The notes under the pieces are model-generated. The model searched no databases, was not told the origin of the DNA, and saw only the letters and a list, made by a program, of their open reading frames with translations. Of a DNA stretch of 30,210 bases, positions 16,611 through 25,989 are shown piece after piece. The DNA comes from an uncultured Lachnospiraceae bacterium (lineage in GTDB: Bacteria; Bacillota; Clostridia; Lachnospirales; Lachnospiraceae), in assembly GCA_964503695.1 (NCBI GenBank), contig CAZDAT010000001.1, positions 1 through 30,210 on the forward strand. Reading direction: 5' to 3'. Made by a program: the position numbers and the translations under genes. Numbering within the stretch: position 1 is the first letter of the stretch; every line of letters begins with the position of its first letter.

Positions 16611-18761
16611 TTATCCTCTTTTTTCCTTCCAATCTTTATAAGCTGCAAGATATGTTCGTTTTGCTTCTAATCCAAACTGACCATAAAAGTCCTTCAAAAT
16701 TGTCCAGTCAACATTCACACGCACAGCACCATTTTTTTTCAACTGCCGAAGCGACTGATTCAACAGATAATCACCCACATGGCCGCCCCTTATCTTTTTT
16801 GCTATTCCTATGGGTCCTAAACCTCCATTACCATTCGCATCTACAGAAATCATGCAATAGCCTGCAATTTCTGTCTTATCTTTTTTCCATAAAATCACAA
16901 TATTTTCTGAATTATCTATCTCCCGGATTTTTTCCTTCGCTTCGTATTCCCATCTGCCCGGAAATTCTTCCTTCAAAAACCTGAGAAGCTTCTCTTTGTC
17001 CTTTTTATAAGTATCAGTTACATAATACTCTTCAAATGGATTTAAGTCAAAATTATCAATAGCTTCATTTCCTGTAAGTTCTGCCTCTAAATCATAATGC
17101 GGTTCGAAATTTAATTTAAATCCGCATTCCCCAAAAAATCTTTCTTTATTTTTATCAGGCTCCGGAATCCCCGAGAAAAAATTATGAAAATCCTGCCCTG
17201 CATAAATCTTTTTAATTCCACGTTTTTTTAAAGACTGGCAGGTATGATTTAAAAGCATTCTTCCATAGCCTTTTTTCTGCTCTTTTTGGTCAATCGCCAA
17301 AATACTAATCCATGCCGTATCAAGGTATAACTGTTCATTATGTGAAATCTTGACCCCGATAAATCCCAGTATCTCCTTTGTCTGTTCATCTACTATTTTT
17401 CGACTCTCCACACTGCAAAAATCTGCATCTTCAAAAAGATTTTTATAAATACGTTCTTTTGTTACCGTATAACTTTTATCAAACACACCTGCACATATAT
17501 CCGCAATTTTATCAATATCCTTCTTTTCCAACGGCTCGAGACTAACTTTTTTCATAAATTTCCACCAGTCATATTTATGAATATAAGATAAATCAAATAT
17601 CATACAGCCTCCGGTAGTCTGAAAGCAGACAGACATTGCTTCCTGTAATCTTTCCGGACACTCCCTATACTGTTCAATAAAAAGGCTTCCCGTCATTCCT
17701 TTTTTATTACAGGTTATCTTAGAGGCCATTTCGTAAGCTCCTTCCACAGTATACCAGGGTGCCGGAAGGTCTTTTTCTTCGGCTTCTGTAATCCAGACAT
17801 CACTGTAATAAAATCCTGACAATAACCTGTCCGGTATATCCCCATAGGCTGTTTCTTTCAGCTTTTTGGCATCACACCAGAAAAATTCATGACTCTGGTA
17901 TTTACTTCCTGCCCAGTTTGCACCGACCAAATGATACAGCGGGTACCATGAACCGGTATAATTACAAAATTCCACATCCGGGAAATCTGTTTTTAACATC
18001 CTGCTTACTTCTTCCACAAAGCTTTTGATAATTTTTGCCCGGTATTCGAAAAAGCTTCCATAGTATTTTCCCGGTTCTTCCTTAACTCCTTTACCGGTCT
18101 CTTTCAGCCGGTATATATCCTCAGGCCAGTTTTCATCATAAATATTTGTATACTTTTCCCAGTCTTTTCTTGTGTATTCACTAAAATCCGTTGATAATCC
18201 GACATATCTTACCCTGTCAAGTACAATGCCGTCTGGATGATAATTTTCACAAAATTCCCCGAGAAGGTTTAATTCATACTGACGAACCTCCTCTTTTCCG
18301 GGATTTACAAAAATCTCACCAAAATCATCTATAGAGCCTGCCGTCTTAAGTCCGAAGCTTTCCGTACTTTTTCGAATTACTGCGTTTCCATTTTTATCAA
18401 GTCCATAAACCTCACATTCCCATCCTGGTGTAAATCCTTTCATGAAAGGATGTTTCTTTTTTTTATTTCCTTCTGTAAAAACATCAAACGCAGCATAACA
18501 TTTCATTCCCAGTGACCGGATAATCCCAAAACACTGTTTTACATAATCTGTTTCCGGCTTAAAATCAGCATCATAGAAAGAATAATGCTTCGCAAAGCTA
18601 CTTTTATATATGACAAAACCGCTGGTATCTTTTACACTTAAGATAATACCTGTCATTCCTGCTTCTTTGCATTTTTCCATTGAATCCCGAAATGCTTTTT
18701 CATCCAGAATTATTTTTTTATTTGCCGAAATCTCAACCCATACTTCATAAATCTGTTCCAT
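16611..18761 (-). CDS. Fusion of a glycoside hydrolase-like TIM barrel (GHL10/DUF187-like) with tandem GNAT acetyltransferase domains
   Basis: N-terminal ~400 aa: LSVKDTSG, FVNPGKEEV, HPDGIVLDRVRY. C-terminal ~310 aa: EQKKGYGRMLL, GQDFHNFFSGIP, EFPGRW, GGLGPIGIAKKIRGGHVG, DWTILKDFYGQFG. One uninterrupted frame, no signal peptide. Confidence 0.8.
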   Translation of the reverse strand: MEQIYEVWVEISANKKIILDEKAFRDSMEKCKEAGMTGIILSVKDTSGFVIYKSSFAKHYSFYDADFKPETDYVKQCFGIIRSLGMKCYAAFDVFTEGNKKKKHPFMKGFTPGWECEVYGLDKNGNAVIRKSTESFGLKTAGSIDDFGEIFVNPGKEEVRQYELNLLGEFCENYHPDGIVLDRVRYVGLSTDFSEYTRKDWEKYTNIYDENWPEDIYRLKETGKGVKEEPGKYYGSFFEYRAKIIKSFVEEVSRMLKTDFPDVEFCNYTGSWYPLYHLVGANWAGSKYQSHEFFWCDAKKLKETAYGDIPDRLLSGFYYSDVWITEAEEKDLPAPWYTVEGAYEMASKITCNKKGMTGSLFIEQYRECPERLQEAMSVCFQTTGGCMIFDLSYIHKYDWWKFMKKVSLEPLEKKDIDKIADICAGVFDKSYTVTKERIYKNLFEDADFCSVESRKIVDEQTKEILGFIGVKISHNEQLYLDTAWISILAIDQKEQKKGYGRMLLNHTCQSLKKRGIKKIYAGQDFHNFFSGIPEPDKNKERFFGECGFKLNFEPHYDLEAELTGNEAIDNFDLNPFEEYYVTDTYKKDKEKLLRFLKEEFPGRWEYEAKEKIREIDNSENIVILWKKDKTEIAGYCMISVDANGNGGLGPIGIAKKIRGGHVGDYLLNQSLRQLKKNGAVRVNVDWTILKDFYGQFGLEAKRTYLAAYKDWKEKRG

Positions 18762-18765
18762 ATGT

Positions 18766-19605
18766 CTACCCTTTTACAGCACCACTTACTGCTTCTATAT
18801 AATTTCTTTGGAAAACCATAAATACCAGCAATACCGGAACGATGGAAATAATCGTACCTGCTGCCACATAACCGAATTTATAACTAAAGGAACCATTCAA
18901 ATACTGTAAAGCCGTAGCCAGCGGATATTTTTCCGGATCCTGCAGCACGATAATAGGCCACAAAAATGCATTCCAGTTTGCAATAAAATCAAATATCACA
19001 ATTGTTGAAATACTTGGAAGAATCCCCGGAAGCATTACATGTCTCCAGATTTTTAACTCCCCTGCCCCGTCAAGTTTTGCAGCCTCGATTAATTCCTTTG
19101 GTATTCCAAGATAAGCCTGCCGCAATAAAATAATACTAAATGTTTTCACCGAAGACGGAAGAATCACTCCTGCCATGGTATTTAACAAATGTAATTTTGA
19201 AATTGTAAGATAGTTAATAATCATTCCTGCTGCTGCCGGAATAATCATGGTTCCTATTAAAATGGTAAATATCACATTTTTCCCTTTAAATTCCATGGTA
19301 GCCAGAGGATAGGCACATAAGGAAGAAAAGATAATATCAATTATAATTCCGCCAAATGTAATAATAACCGTATTTCCTATATACTTAGGGATATTCATAT
19401 ATTCGACAACGCCTGTATAATTGGCAATCGAAAAATCACTTAATTTAAAATCCAGACTATAAATATTAGCACCCGTTCTGAAGGAAGATAACAAAAGCCA
19501 GATAAAAGGACCTGCACAAATAAGTGCAATAAGAATCAATAATAAATATGTAAAAATATATTCGATTACTTTTTTCTTCTTTTTCTTTGTCATTGTTTTA
19601 TTCAT
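18766..19605 (-). CDS. Carbohydrate ABC transporter permease (CUT1, MalG-like)
   Basis: Six TM segments; EAA loop IPKELIEAAKLDGAG; WNAFLWP. Confidence 0.95.
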   Translation of the reverse strand: MNKTMTKKKKKKVIEYIFTYLLLILIALICAGPFIWLLLSSFRTGANIYSLDFKLSDFSIANYTGVVEYMNIPKYIGNTVIITFGGIIIDIIFSSLCAYPLATMEFKGKNVIFTILIGTMIIPAAAGMIINYLTISKLHLLNTMAGVILPSSVKTFSIILLRQAYLGIPKELIEAAKLDGAGELKIWRHVMLPGILPSISTIVIFDFIANWNAFLWPIIVLQDPEKYPLATALQYLNGSFSYKFGYVAAGTIISIVPVLLVFMVFQRNYIEAVSGAVKG

Positions 19606-20494
19606 TATTTGTCATTCCTCCTTTCTTGCCATAAACAAACACTACAATACTAAGCAATGTAGTAACCGCAGCCTGTACCGCTCCAATGGCCGCTGCATAT
19701 CCGAACTGAAAATCCTGAAATGCCTTTGTGTAAGAATAATAATTAATTACCATTGTTGCATCGTTTGGTCCGCCCTTTGTCAGTACAAATACCACATCAA
19801 ACACTCCGATTGCGGAAATCACGGAATTTAAAGAGCAAAACCAGATATAGGGCTTTAACATCGGCAATTTAATTCTTGTAAATACTTTAACGGCATTTGC
19901 CCCATCAATGGTTGCCGCTTCACAAAGCTCTTTCGGAATCCCCTGTAAGCCTGCCAGATACATCATCATATAATATCCCAGTCCCTGCCAGACAGTAATA
20001 AACATCAGACAAAGCATGGCAGTTTCTTTATCGCTTAAAAATCCCAGCGGCATGGATATCAGTCCCCATTCTTTTAATGCCGTATTTATCAGACCATTTG
20101 AATTAAAAATGAATCCCCAGATAATGGAAACTGCAACCATGGAAGTAACAACCGGTATATAAAACAGGGTACGGAAAAATCCGATTCCTGGTATTTTCTT
20201 ATTTACTAAAACTGCCAGAAGAATAGATAATATCTGAATCACCGGAACAACAATTACAAATATGACTGAATTTTTTATTGAAATCAGAAACACTCTGTCA
20301 TTAAATGCTTTTACAAAGTTACGAAAACCAACAAATTTTGTCTCCCCAAGTACAGAATAATCATAAAACATCAGTATCAGACTTCCAACAATAGGTATAA
20401 TTGTAAATAACAAAATTATAAAAAGTGCCGGAGCCATAAAACCATATGCTTTTATGGTCTGTCTTTTTTTCATTTTTGAAATCTTTTCTCCCAT
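19598..20494 (-). CDS. Carbohydrate ABC transporter permease (CUT1, MalF-like)
   Basis: YLAGLQGIPKELCEAATIDGA; TKGGP; 8-nt overlap with the next permease. Confidence 0.95.
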   Translation of the reverse strand: MGEKISKMKKRQTIKAYGFMAPALFIILLFTIIPIVGSLILMFYDYSVLGETKFVGFRNFVKAFNDRVFLISIKNSVIFVIVVPVIQILSILLAVLVNKKIPGIGFFRTLFYIPVVTSMVAVSIIWGFIFNSNGLINTALKEWGLISMPLGFLSDKETAMLCLMFITVWQGLGYYMMMYLAGLQGIPKELCEAATIDGANAVKVFTRIKLPMLKPYIWFCSLNSVISAIGVFDVVFVLTKGGPNDATMVINYYSYTKAFQDFQFGYAAAIGAVQAAVTTLLSIVVFVYGKKGGMTNNE

Positions 20495-20508
20495 AGTATC
20501 CTCCTGTA

Positions 20509-20545
20509 TTAAACTGTCCCAGAAAAAACTTCCGGGACAGTTTAA
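20509..20545. other. Perfect 12-bp intergenic hairpin downstream of the binding-protein gene
   Basis: TTAAACTGTCCC-N13-GGGACAGTTTAA; likely mRNA stabiliser or partial terminator. Confidence 0.7.
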
Positions 20546-20548
20546 CTA

Positions 20549-21856
20549 TTAATTAATTTCTGCAAGAATTGCATTTACATCCGCTTCTGCCTGGGCTAAA
20601 GATGCTTTAATGTCCTCCCCATTTGTAATAGCTGCTTCATATGCTTTATCCACTGCTGTCTGAATATTTGTCTGATCCGCGATTCCTAAAGAGAAATCCT
20701 TTGAAGTTTTACTTGCTTTTGCAGACATTGCACTTGCCTGACCTTCCAAGGTTTCTGTATCAGAAGTAAAATATTCATCTTCACTGGCTGCCTTTGTGGA
20801 TGGGAAGATGGAAACTTCCTTACAAAATGCCAACTGGTTTGCATCATTTGTTACATAATGGGCAAAGTTAATGGCAGCTTCATGATTTTTACTTGCTTTT
20901 GGAACTACAAGGTTCATTAACGGGTTTCTGGACAATCCATTTTTTCCTGTTAAAGGTGTAGATATACCAATGTTTTCATAAATATCGGGTGCTTCATCTT
21001 TGATTCTGGATAAAGAAGAACCTGAGGAGCTTATGATTCCCAACTGACCGGATTCAAATAATTTTAACATTTCATCCCATTTTCCCCAGTTCGTTTTTAA
21101 AATAACACCTTTATCTGTGCATTCTTTGTATTTTGCCAGTAAATCTGCTGTTTCTTCGGTATTAAATGCAGCCGCTGTCTTATCTTCTGTCAATACATCA
21201 ATATTTTCTTCAAATAAAATGTTGAAAAATTCATCCGGCATAAATAAATATGCTCCTGTTTTATTATAAAATTCTTCAGCCATTTCCAGTGCTTCATCAA
21301 AAGTAGCCGGAACTTCCATTCCTGCTTTTTCAAATAAAGCTTCATTATAGAACATGATATCCGGTGATGCATACCATGGGAAAGCATACACGGAATCCCC
21401 GATTTGTGCAGATTCCCACAAATCTTCAATATAAATGGATTTCTGTTCTTCTGTAGCTTCTTCATTTAAATCCACTAATGCTCCCTGTCCTGCAAGTGTT
21501 AATGCAAACTGGGTATTTAAGTTTACAACATCCGGTGCTGTTCCCCCGGCAACTGATGTGACTAATTTTGACTGGATATCTGCATAAGGAACATCTGTCC
21601 AGTTAATTTTTACACCCGGATTTTGTGCTTCATAATTTGCAATCATTTCATTGAAAAAGTCCCCAAATGCTGCTTTCAGGTCAATGGTCCAAAACTCTAC
21701 CGTAACCTCTTGTCCGCTAACCGCTTCCGAATCGGTATTTACTCCGTTATCTGCCGATTCCACTTCCCCATTTCCTGCATCATTACCGCCACATCCTATC
21801 AGCATTGCTGCTGCCATGGAAATGCATAATAACACACTTAACATTTTCTTTCTCAT
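20549..21856 (-). CDS. Sugar ABC transporter substrate-binding lipoprotein
   Basis: MRKKMLSVLLCISMAAAMLIGC lipobox; AGGTAPDVV; YAFPWY; GGAGG-type RBS. Confidence 0.95.
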   Translation of the reverse strand: MRKKMLSVLLCISMAAAMLIGCGGNDAGNGEVESADNGVNTDSEAVSGQEVTVEFWTIDLKAAFGDFFNEMIANYEAQNPGVKINWTDVPYADIQSKLVTSVAGGTAPDVVNLNTQFALTLAGQGALVDLNEEATEEQKSIYIEDLWESAQIGDSVYAFPWYASPDIMFYNEALFEKAGMEVPATFDEALEMAEEFYNKTGAYLFMPDEFFNILFEENIDVLTEDKTAAAFNTEETADLLAKYKECTDKGVILKTNWGKWDEMLKLFESGQLGIISSSGSSLSRIKDEAPDIYENIGISTPLTGKNGLSRNPLMNLVVPKASKNHEAAINFAHYVTNDANQLAFCKEVSIFPSTKAASEDEYFTSDTETLEGQASAMSAKASKTSKDFSLGIADQTNIQTAVDKAYEAAITNGEDIKASLAQAEADVNAILAEIN

Positions 21857-21921
21857 AGTTTTTTGTCCTCCTTAGTCCTTAAGTTTTGTAATTTATATAA
21901 ACCTTCTGGTTTATAACTGTT

Positions 21922-23808
21922 TCAGCCGATAACCGCAGGTGTTGCAATATCTGACCACAAATTATAATTCAGCTCTTCAATCTGGTTCTTTTCAAAATAA
22001 CCAAATGATTGATATTCTTCCTCTAATTCCTCAATCACCGGTATCCTGCCTTCCACAAACTCTTCCAGCTGTTTTGCAGTATCCGACAGTCGCCGTTCCA
22101 GACCTCCTATCCGAAGGGTCTGTACTTCAAACCCAAATGCTTTATTTTCCAGTCTCCACTGTCTTTGAAAGGCTTCATAAAAGGCGTTCAAATCTCTTCT
22201 AAGTACCGGAATTTCTTCTTTTGCAATACGCGAAAGCTCTTCTTTATCCCCTTTCTCATATGCCTCACGTATTCTGATTCCCAAATCCGCTTTCTGTTTT
22301 AATACGATACACAGCTTATGCATGGTTTCAAAAATATAAGAAAACCTTCCCTGTCCGGAAATCTTTTCCATCATTTTTTCTGCCTCTGCAAACTTTTTTG
22401 CCGTATCTTTTTTTACCACAGAATCAAATGTTCCAATCAGCGGGTCATTATAAAGCAGATATTTGCTACAATTATTATGAATTTTATCATTTTCCGAATA
22501 TGGATTTACCAAATCTATCCTGCAAAATTCCTCAAATCCATAACCTGTCAGCTTTTCAAATGCCAGTTCCTCCATACGGCTTTCATATGCCAGCTTTGCA
22601 TCCTTAAAAATTGTCGGAAGCACCGAAAAACTGCTTGTTTCTGCTCCATTATCTCCCCAGCAGGTAATGGTATAAGAATCAATACCATGTTTTTTGCAGG
22701 CTGCAATGGATGCTTTTCCTATCTGTATGCTGTATCCGTTATGTGGTACAAAACCTGTCCATTTCCAGGCTCCTGTTGCAAAACCTATGTCATTACTTAT
22801 TTTCTTTTGTTTTACAATATTTTCACTGTAGTGTTCTTCACTGGTAGAGTAATAGTCCCAGTAAACAGGCTGTAAATCTTTTGGAATTACAAAATCCAAA
22901 TCATTGTTATCCAGCATATGTACAAACATATCGCTCCACATTTGTGGTCTCAGATTGTATTTTCGGCATATTTTTAAAACACATTCCAGATGTTTTGTCA
23001 TAATCCTGCTTTTTTTATGGAATCCATTTTTCGTAAGATATTTTCCGGAGCCTAAAAGCTCTGCCTCATCCATCCCTATATTAATCCGGTCGGTAGAAAA
23101 ACATTCCGAAACTTTTTTAATCAGATGTTCTAAAAACTGCTCTGTTCGTTCTTCGCCCACAAGCAGAATATCTTTTGCATCAATGATTTCGCTATAAGTT
23201 TCATAACGTGTAATCTGATTTAAATGGGCAAGTGTCTGTATGTAGGGTCTTAGTTCCATATCAAATATCTTCGCATATGCATCTAACGTTTTGATTTCTT
23301 TTTGTGTCAGCCTTCCCCGCATATACCCAAAATAAGGCTCTTCTTCCACTGCAAAAGTATCTTCCATGTAAAGCCCTACATAATGAAATCCCATGCACGC
23401 AGCATAACAAATCATCTGCTTAATTTTTTCCGGCTTCATAACTGCATTTCTTGATAAATCCAGCATGATTCCAAAATCACAAAATATACATTTTTCAGAA
23501 ACTTCCGTTTCTATTTCTTTGCTGTTTCCTGATAAAAACAGCAGTGCCCGACACATATCCAGGATTTTGCCGTATTCTACAACCAAAGCTTCCCTGTGCT
23601 TTTTAATCCGATAACCTGATTCTGCCGTATTTTTTAAGATGACTTTCTGAATCCTTCCTGTTTTCCGGCTTTCTTCCAATGAATTTAATGCCATCTTTTC
23701 CCATTTTTTATCTTCGTTTTGCCATACGTTTAAAATATCCGTATATTTTTTTAATTCTTCAATTACTCTTTCTTCTTTTTTACAAGCTTCCTCAATCGTA
23801 AAAAGCAT
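21922..23808 (-). CDS. GH20 beta-N-acetylhexosaminidase (cytoplasmic, GH20C/HexD-like)
   Basis: MLDLSRN, LYMEDT, PYFGYMRGR, IQTLAHL, catalytic GMDE pair, WSDMF, YWDY, WGDNG; no signal peptide. Confidence 0.92.
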   Translation of the reverse strand: MLFTIEEACKKEERVIEELKKYTDILNVWQNEDKKWEKMALNSLEESRKTGRIQKVILKNTAESGYRIKKHREALVVEYGKILDMCRALLFLSGNSKEIETEVSEKCIFCDFGIMLDLSRNAVMKPEKIKQMICYAACMGFHYVGLYMEDTFAVEEEPYFGYMRGRLTQKEIKTLDAYAKIFDMELRPYIQTLAHLNQITRYETYSEIIDAKDILLVGEERTEQFLEHLIKKVSECFSTDRINIGMDEAELLGSGKYLTKNGFHKKSRIMTKHLECVLKICRKYNLRPQMWSDMFVHMLDNNDLDFVIPKDLQPVYWDYYSTSEEHYSENIVKQKKISNDIGFATGAWKWTGFVPHNGYSIQIGKASIAACKKHGIDSYTITCWGDNGAETSSFSVLPTIFKDAKLAYESRMEELAFEKLTGYGFEEFCRIDLVNPYSENDKIHNNCSKYLLYNDPLIGTFDSVVKKDTAKKFAEAEKMMEKISGQGRFSYIFETMHKLCIVLKQKADLGIRIREAYEKGDKEELSRIAKEEIPVLRRDLNAFYEAFQRQWRLENKAFGFEVQTLRIGGLERRLSDTAKQLEEFVEGRIPVIEELEEEYQSFGYFEKNQIEELNYNLWSDIATPAVIG

Positions 23809-23856
23809 ACTTTTTCTCCATTCTTATAATCTGACCTAATGTTTTAATTTGAGTCC

Positions 23857-24021
23857 GTTTGTTTATTTTACTTTCAAAGAAACATTACCCATAAACCGTA
23901 CGTTTCTTTTTGATGTTCGAATTATAACAACTTCATTCTCCTCATTCAAGCTTTTTGCTCCTTTCAGAAAGTAGAATAAAAAAACATTCTTTTTTCTTTC
24001 TTAGCAGAAACTACTTTCAGT
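23857..24021. promoter_or_regulatory. Three putative RpiR-family operator sites
   Basis: GCAGAAACTACTTTCAGT (24004-24021, near-palindrome), TCAGAAAGTAGAATAAAA (23964-23981, +) and TTTGAAAGTAAAATAAAC (23878-23861, -). Confidence 0.6.
23921..23949 (-). promoter_or_regulatory. SigA promoter of the GH20-ABC operon
   Basis: TTGAAT (23949-23944), N17, TATAAT (23926-23921) with an extended TG. Confidence 0.8.
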
Positions 24022-24081
24022 TATTTTTACTATATATCTATCTTTTTTTCATTTTTCATTATTCATTTTGACCATGAAAAC

Positions 24082-24951
24082 CTAATATGGCATACCTGTT
24101 TCATTTGCAGATGCTACCTCTTCTCCACGAAGAGCTGCCAAAGTTTCTTTATATTTTTTCTCATTATGATAGACATCATTTGCAAAATAATAGGAATATA
24201 AGACATCTATAATAATCAGTATGGGAATCTGTGGTGAAATTTTAGTTCCGGTTTCCAAATTTTTAATATATGCTGTCTTCACCACTTCGTCGCATAATTC
24301 TAAAACATCCATGTTCTCACCGGAAGTAATGTAAATCACCTTTGCTCCTTTTTTCTTGGCAATGCGGATACTGTTATTTATTTCTTTGGTTTTTCCGCTA
24401 ATCGAAAATGCTACAATTACAGAATTTTTTCCTGCAAGGGCTGCACTCATTTGTATCAGATGTACATCTGTTACCGCTTCCACTAAAAGTCCCATGCACA
24501 TAAACCGGAAACAAAATTCCCTGGCAGCAAAGCCTGAGCTTCCAACTCCATAGCATAAAGTTTTTTCTGCCTGCATAAGTATATCCACCACTCTCTGGAT
24601 TTGTTTATCTTTCAAAATCTGAAAGCTTTCCGCCAAAAGCTCTGAATAACTCTGACATACTTTTTGGGTAAGAATGCTGATATCCTTCTTCTGATTTTCT
24701 TTTGGCATTTCACGCTCTAAATCTTTTTCATAAGAAAAAATAAATTCACGATATCCCTTATATCCGCATTTTTTGGAAAATCTCGATAATGCAGCCTCTG
24801 ATACATATAATCGTTTGGAAATATTTTTGGAAGAAAAATCCATTTTTTCTGTATTACTTAGGAAAAAAGAAGCAATACTTCTTTCCACCGGTGTCATTTC
24901 GTTATAAAAACCCGACATATTCTGTTTCGTTTCATTCTGGTAATAGTCCAT
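24082..24951 (-). CDS. MurR/RpiR family transcriptional regulator (HTH + SIS)
   Basis: VSEAALSRFSKKCGYKGY (HTH); YGVGSSG and SISGKTKE (SIS). Start revised to ATG 24951. Confidence 0.93.
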   Translation of the reverse strand: MDYYQNETKQNMSGFYNEMTPVERSIASFFLSNTEKMDFSSKNISKRLYVSEAALSRFSKKCGYKGYREFIFSYEKDLEREMPKENQKKDISILTQKVCQSYSELLAESFQILKDKQIQRVVDILMQAEKTLCYGVGSSGFAAREFCFRFMCMGLLVEAVTDVHLIQMSAALAGKNSVIVAFSISGKTKEINNSIRIAKKKGAKVIYITSGENMDVLELCDEVVKTAYIKNLETGTKISPQIPILIIIDVLYSYYFANDVYHNEKKYKETLAALRGEEVASANETGMPY

Positions 24952-24958
24952 AATCTTC

Positions 24959-25972
24959 TCACTCTTCTTTCCAATCCATAATATCTGCGACCTCACGTAC
25001 AAGAATCTGTGCAATCTTTTTATGTGTCGTAAAAGACGGATGACCTCCGGTTCCCACCCCGTCTTCTTTTTCCATTAACGGCAATTCCACAAAAGAACAC
25101 CTTATTTTATTTTTCTGACATATCTCTGCCATATTTTTAACAGCTTTTGTTAAGGTAGCTTCCATTAAACCGTATAGGATTAAAATATAGGATTTCGGAT
25201 ATTTTTCCGCAATTTTATGAACAAATTCCATGTATTTTCCTGCAAAAGCTTCTTCTTTATTCTTGTCTTTTCTCGTATAACTGGCATCATTTGTTCCAAG
25301 ATTCATGAAAATAATATCCGGTTCATACTCGTTGTCCATGCTTTGTTCTAATACTTCCGGCATCAAAATGTCCGTTAAGGGTTTCTCCTCCTCAGGTGCA
25401 ATATAACGCGATATAATTCCGCCTCCGCTAAAGCAGGCAAACCACGCCTGTGCTCCAAAAGCTTCTGCTGTCAGATACGAATATGTTTTTGTAACATTCT
25501 CTGTGGCAGTCGTAAATATGAAATCCTCTGCCTTTCCCTCCACCCCATATCCGGCTGTCAGAGAATCTCCAATAAAGAGCATTTTGCGTTTTGAATTTTC
25601 TTTTTCTTTTGCAGGTGACATTTTTCCATCTGCATTCAATTCCTTTATTTTTAATTTTCCATACTGTAACTCCGTTAATTTCATAGCCCTGACTGTCACG
25701 TTTTCTTTTTGTCTGCTTTGAAACAATGTATAAACATGGATTCCATTTTCTATCTTAAAAATTTGTTCCGGTATTTTTTCTTCATTTATAAAAACACCCA
25801 GATAAGCTTCCAAATCCTTTTCTGCCTCTCCTTCTATCCTGGCAGTTACCCTGGTAAATTCTCCGCCAAATTCCAGAAATGAGCCAGAGGTTATAAGCTC
25901 TGCTTCACTGTTTATTTCCTTTATTTTTCCAAATTTTTCGATATTTTCATCGTTTATTGTATATCTGTACAT
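24959..25972 (-). CDS. SGNH/GDSL esterase, CE2-like
   Basis: FIGDSLTAGYG, SGGG, NLGTND, GGHP (His with no Asp three residues before it, as in CE2); N-terminal beta domain. Start revised to ATG 25972 (GGGAG RBS). Confidence 0.82.
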   Translation of the reverse strand: MYRYTINDENIEKFGKIKEINSEAELITSGSFLEFGGEFTRVTARIEGEAEKDLEAYLGVFINEEKIPEQIFKIENGIHVYTLFQSRQKENVTVRAMKLTELQYGKLKIKELNADGKMSPAKEKENSKRKMLFIGDSLTAGYGVEGKAEDFIFTTATENVTKTYSYLTAEAFGAQAWFACFSGGGIISRYIAPEEEKPLTDILMPEVLEQSMDNEYEPDIIFMNLGTNDASYTRKDKNKEEAFAGKYMEFVHKIAEKYPKSYILILYGLMEATLTKAVKNMAEICQKNKIRCSFVELPLMEKEDGVGTGGHPSFTTHKKIAQILVREVADIMDWKEE

Positions 25973-25989
25973 ATTATTCTCCCGCTTTA

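Noticed and set aside
24052-24093. Micro-ORF MKQVCHIRFSWSK near the rpiR stop (approximate coordinates)
   Set aside because: 13 codons, RBS-like sequence poorly spaced, no other support.
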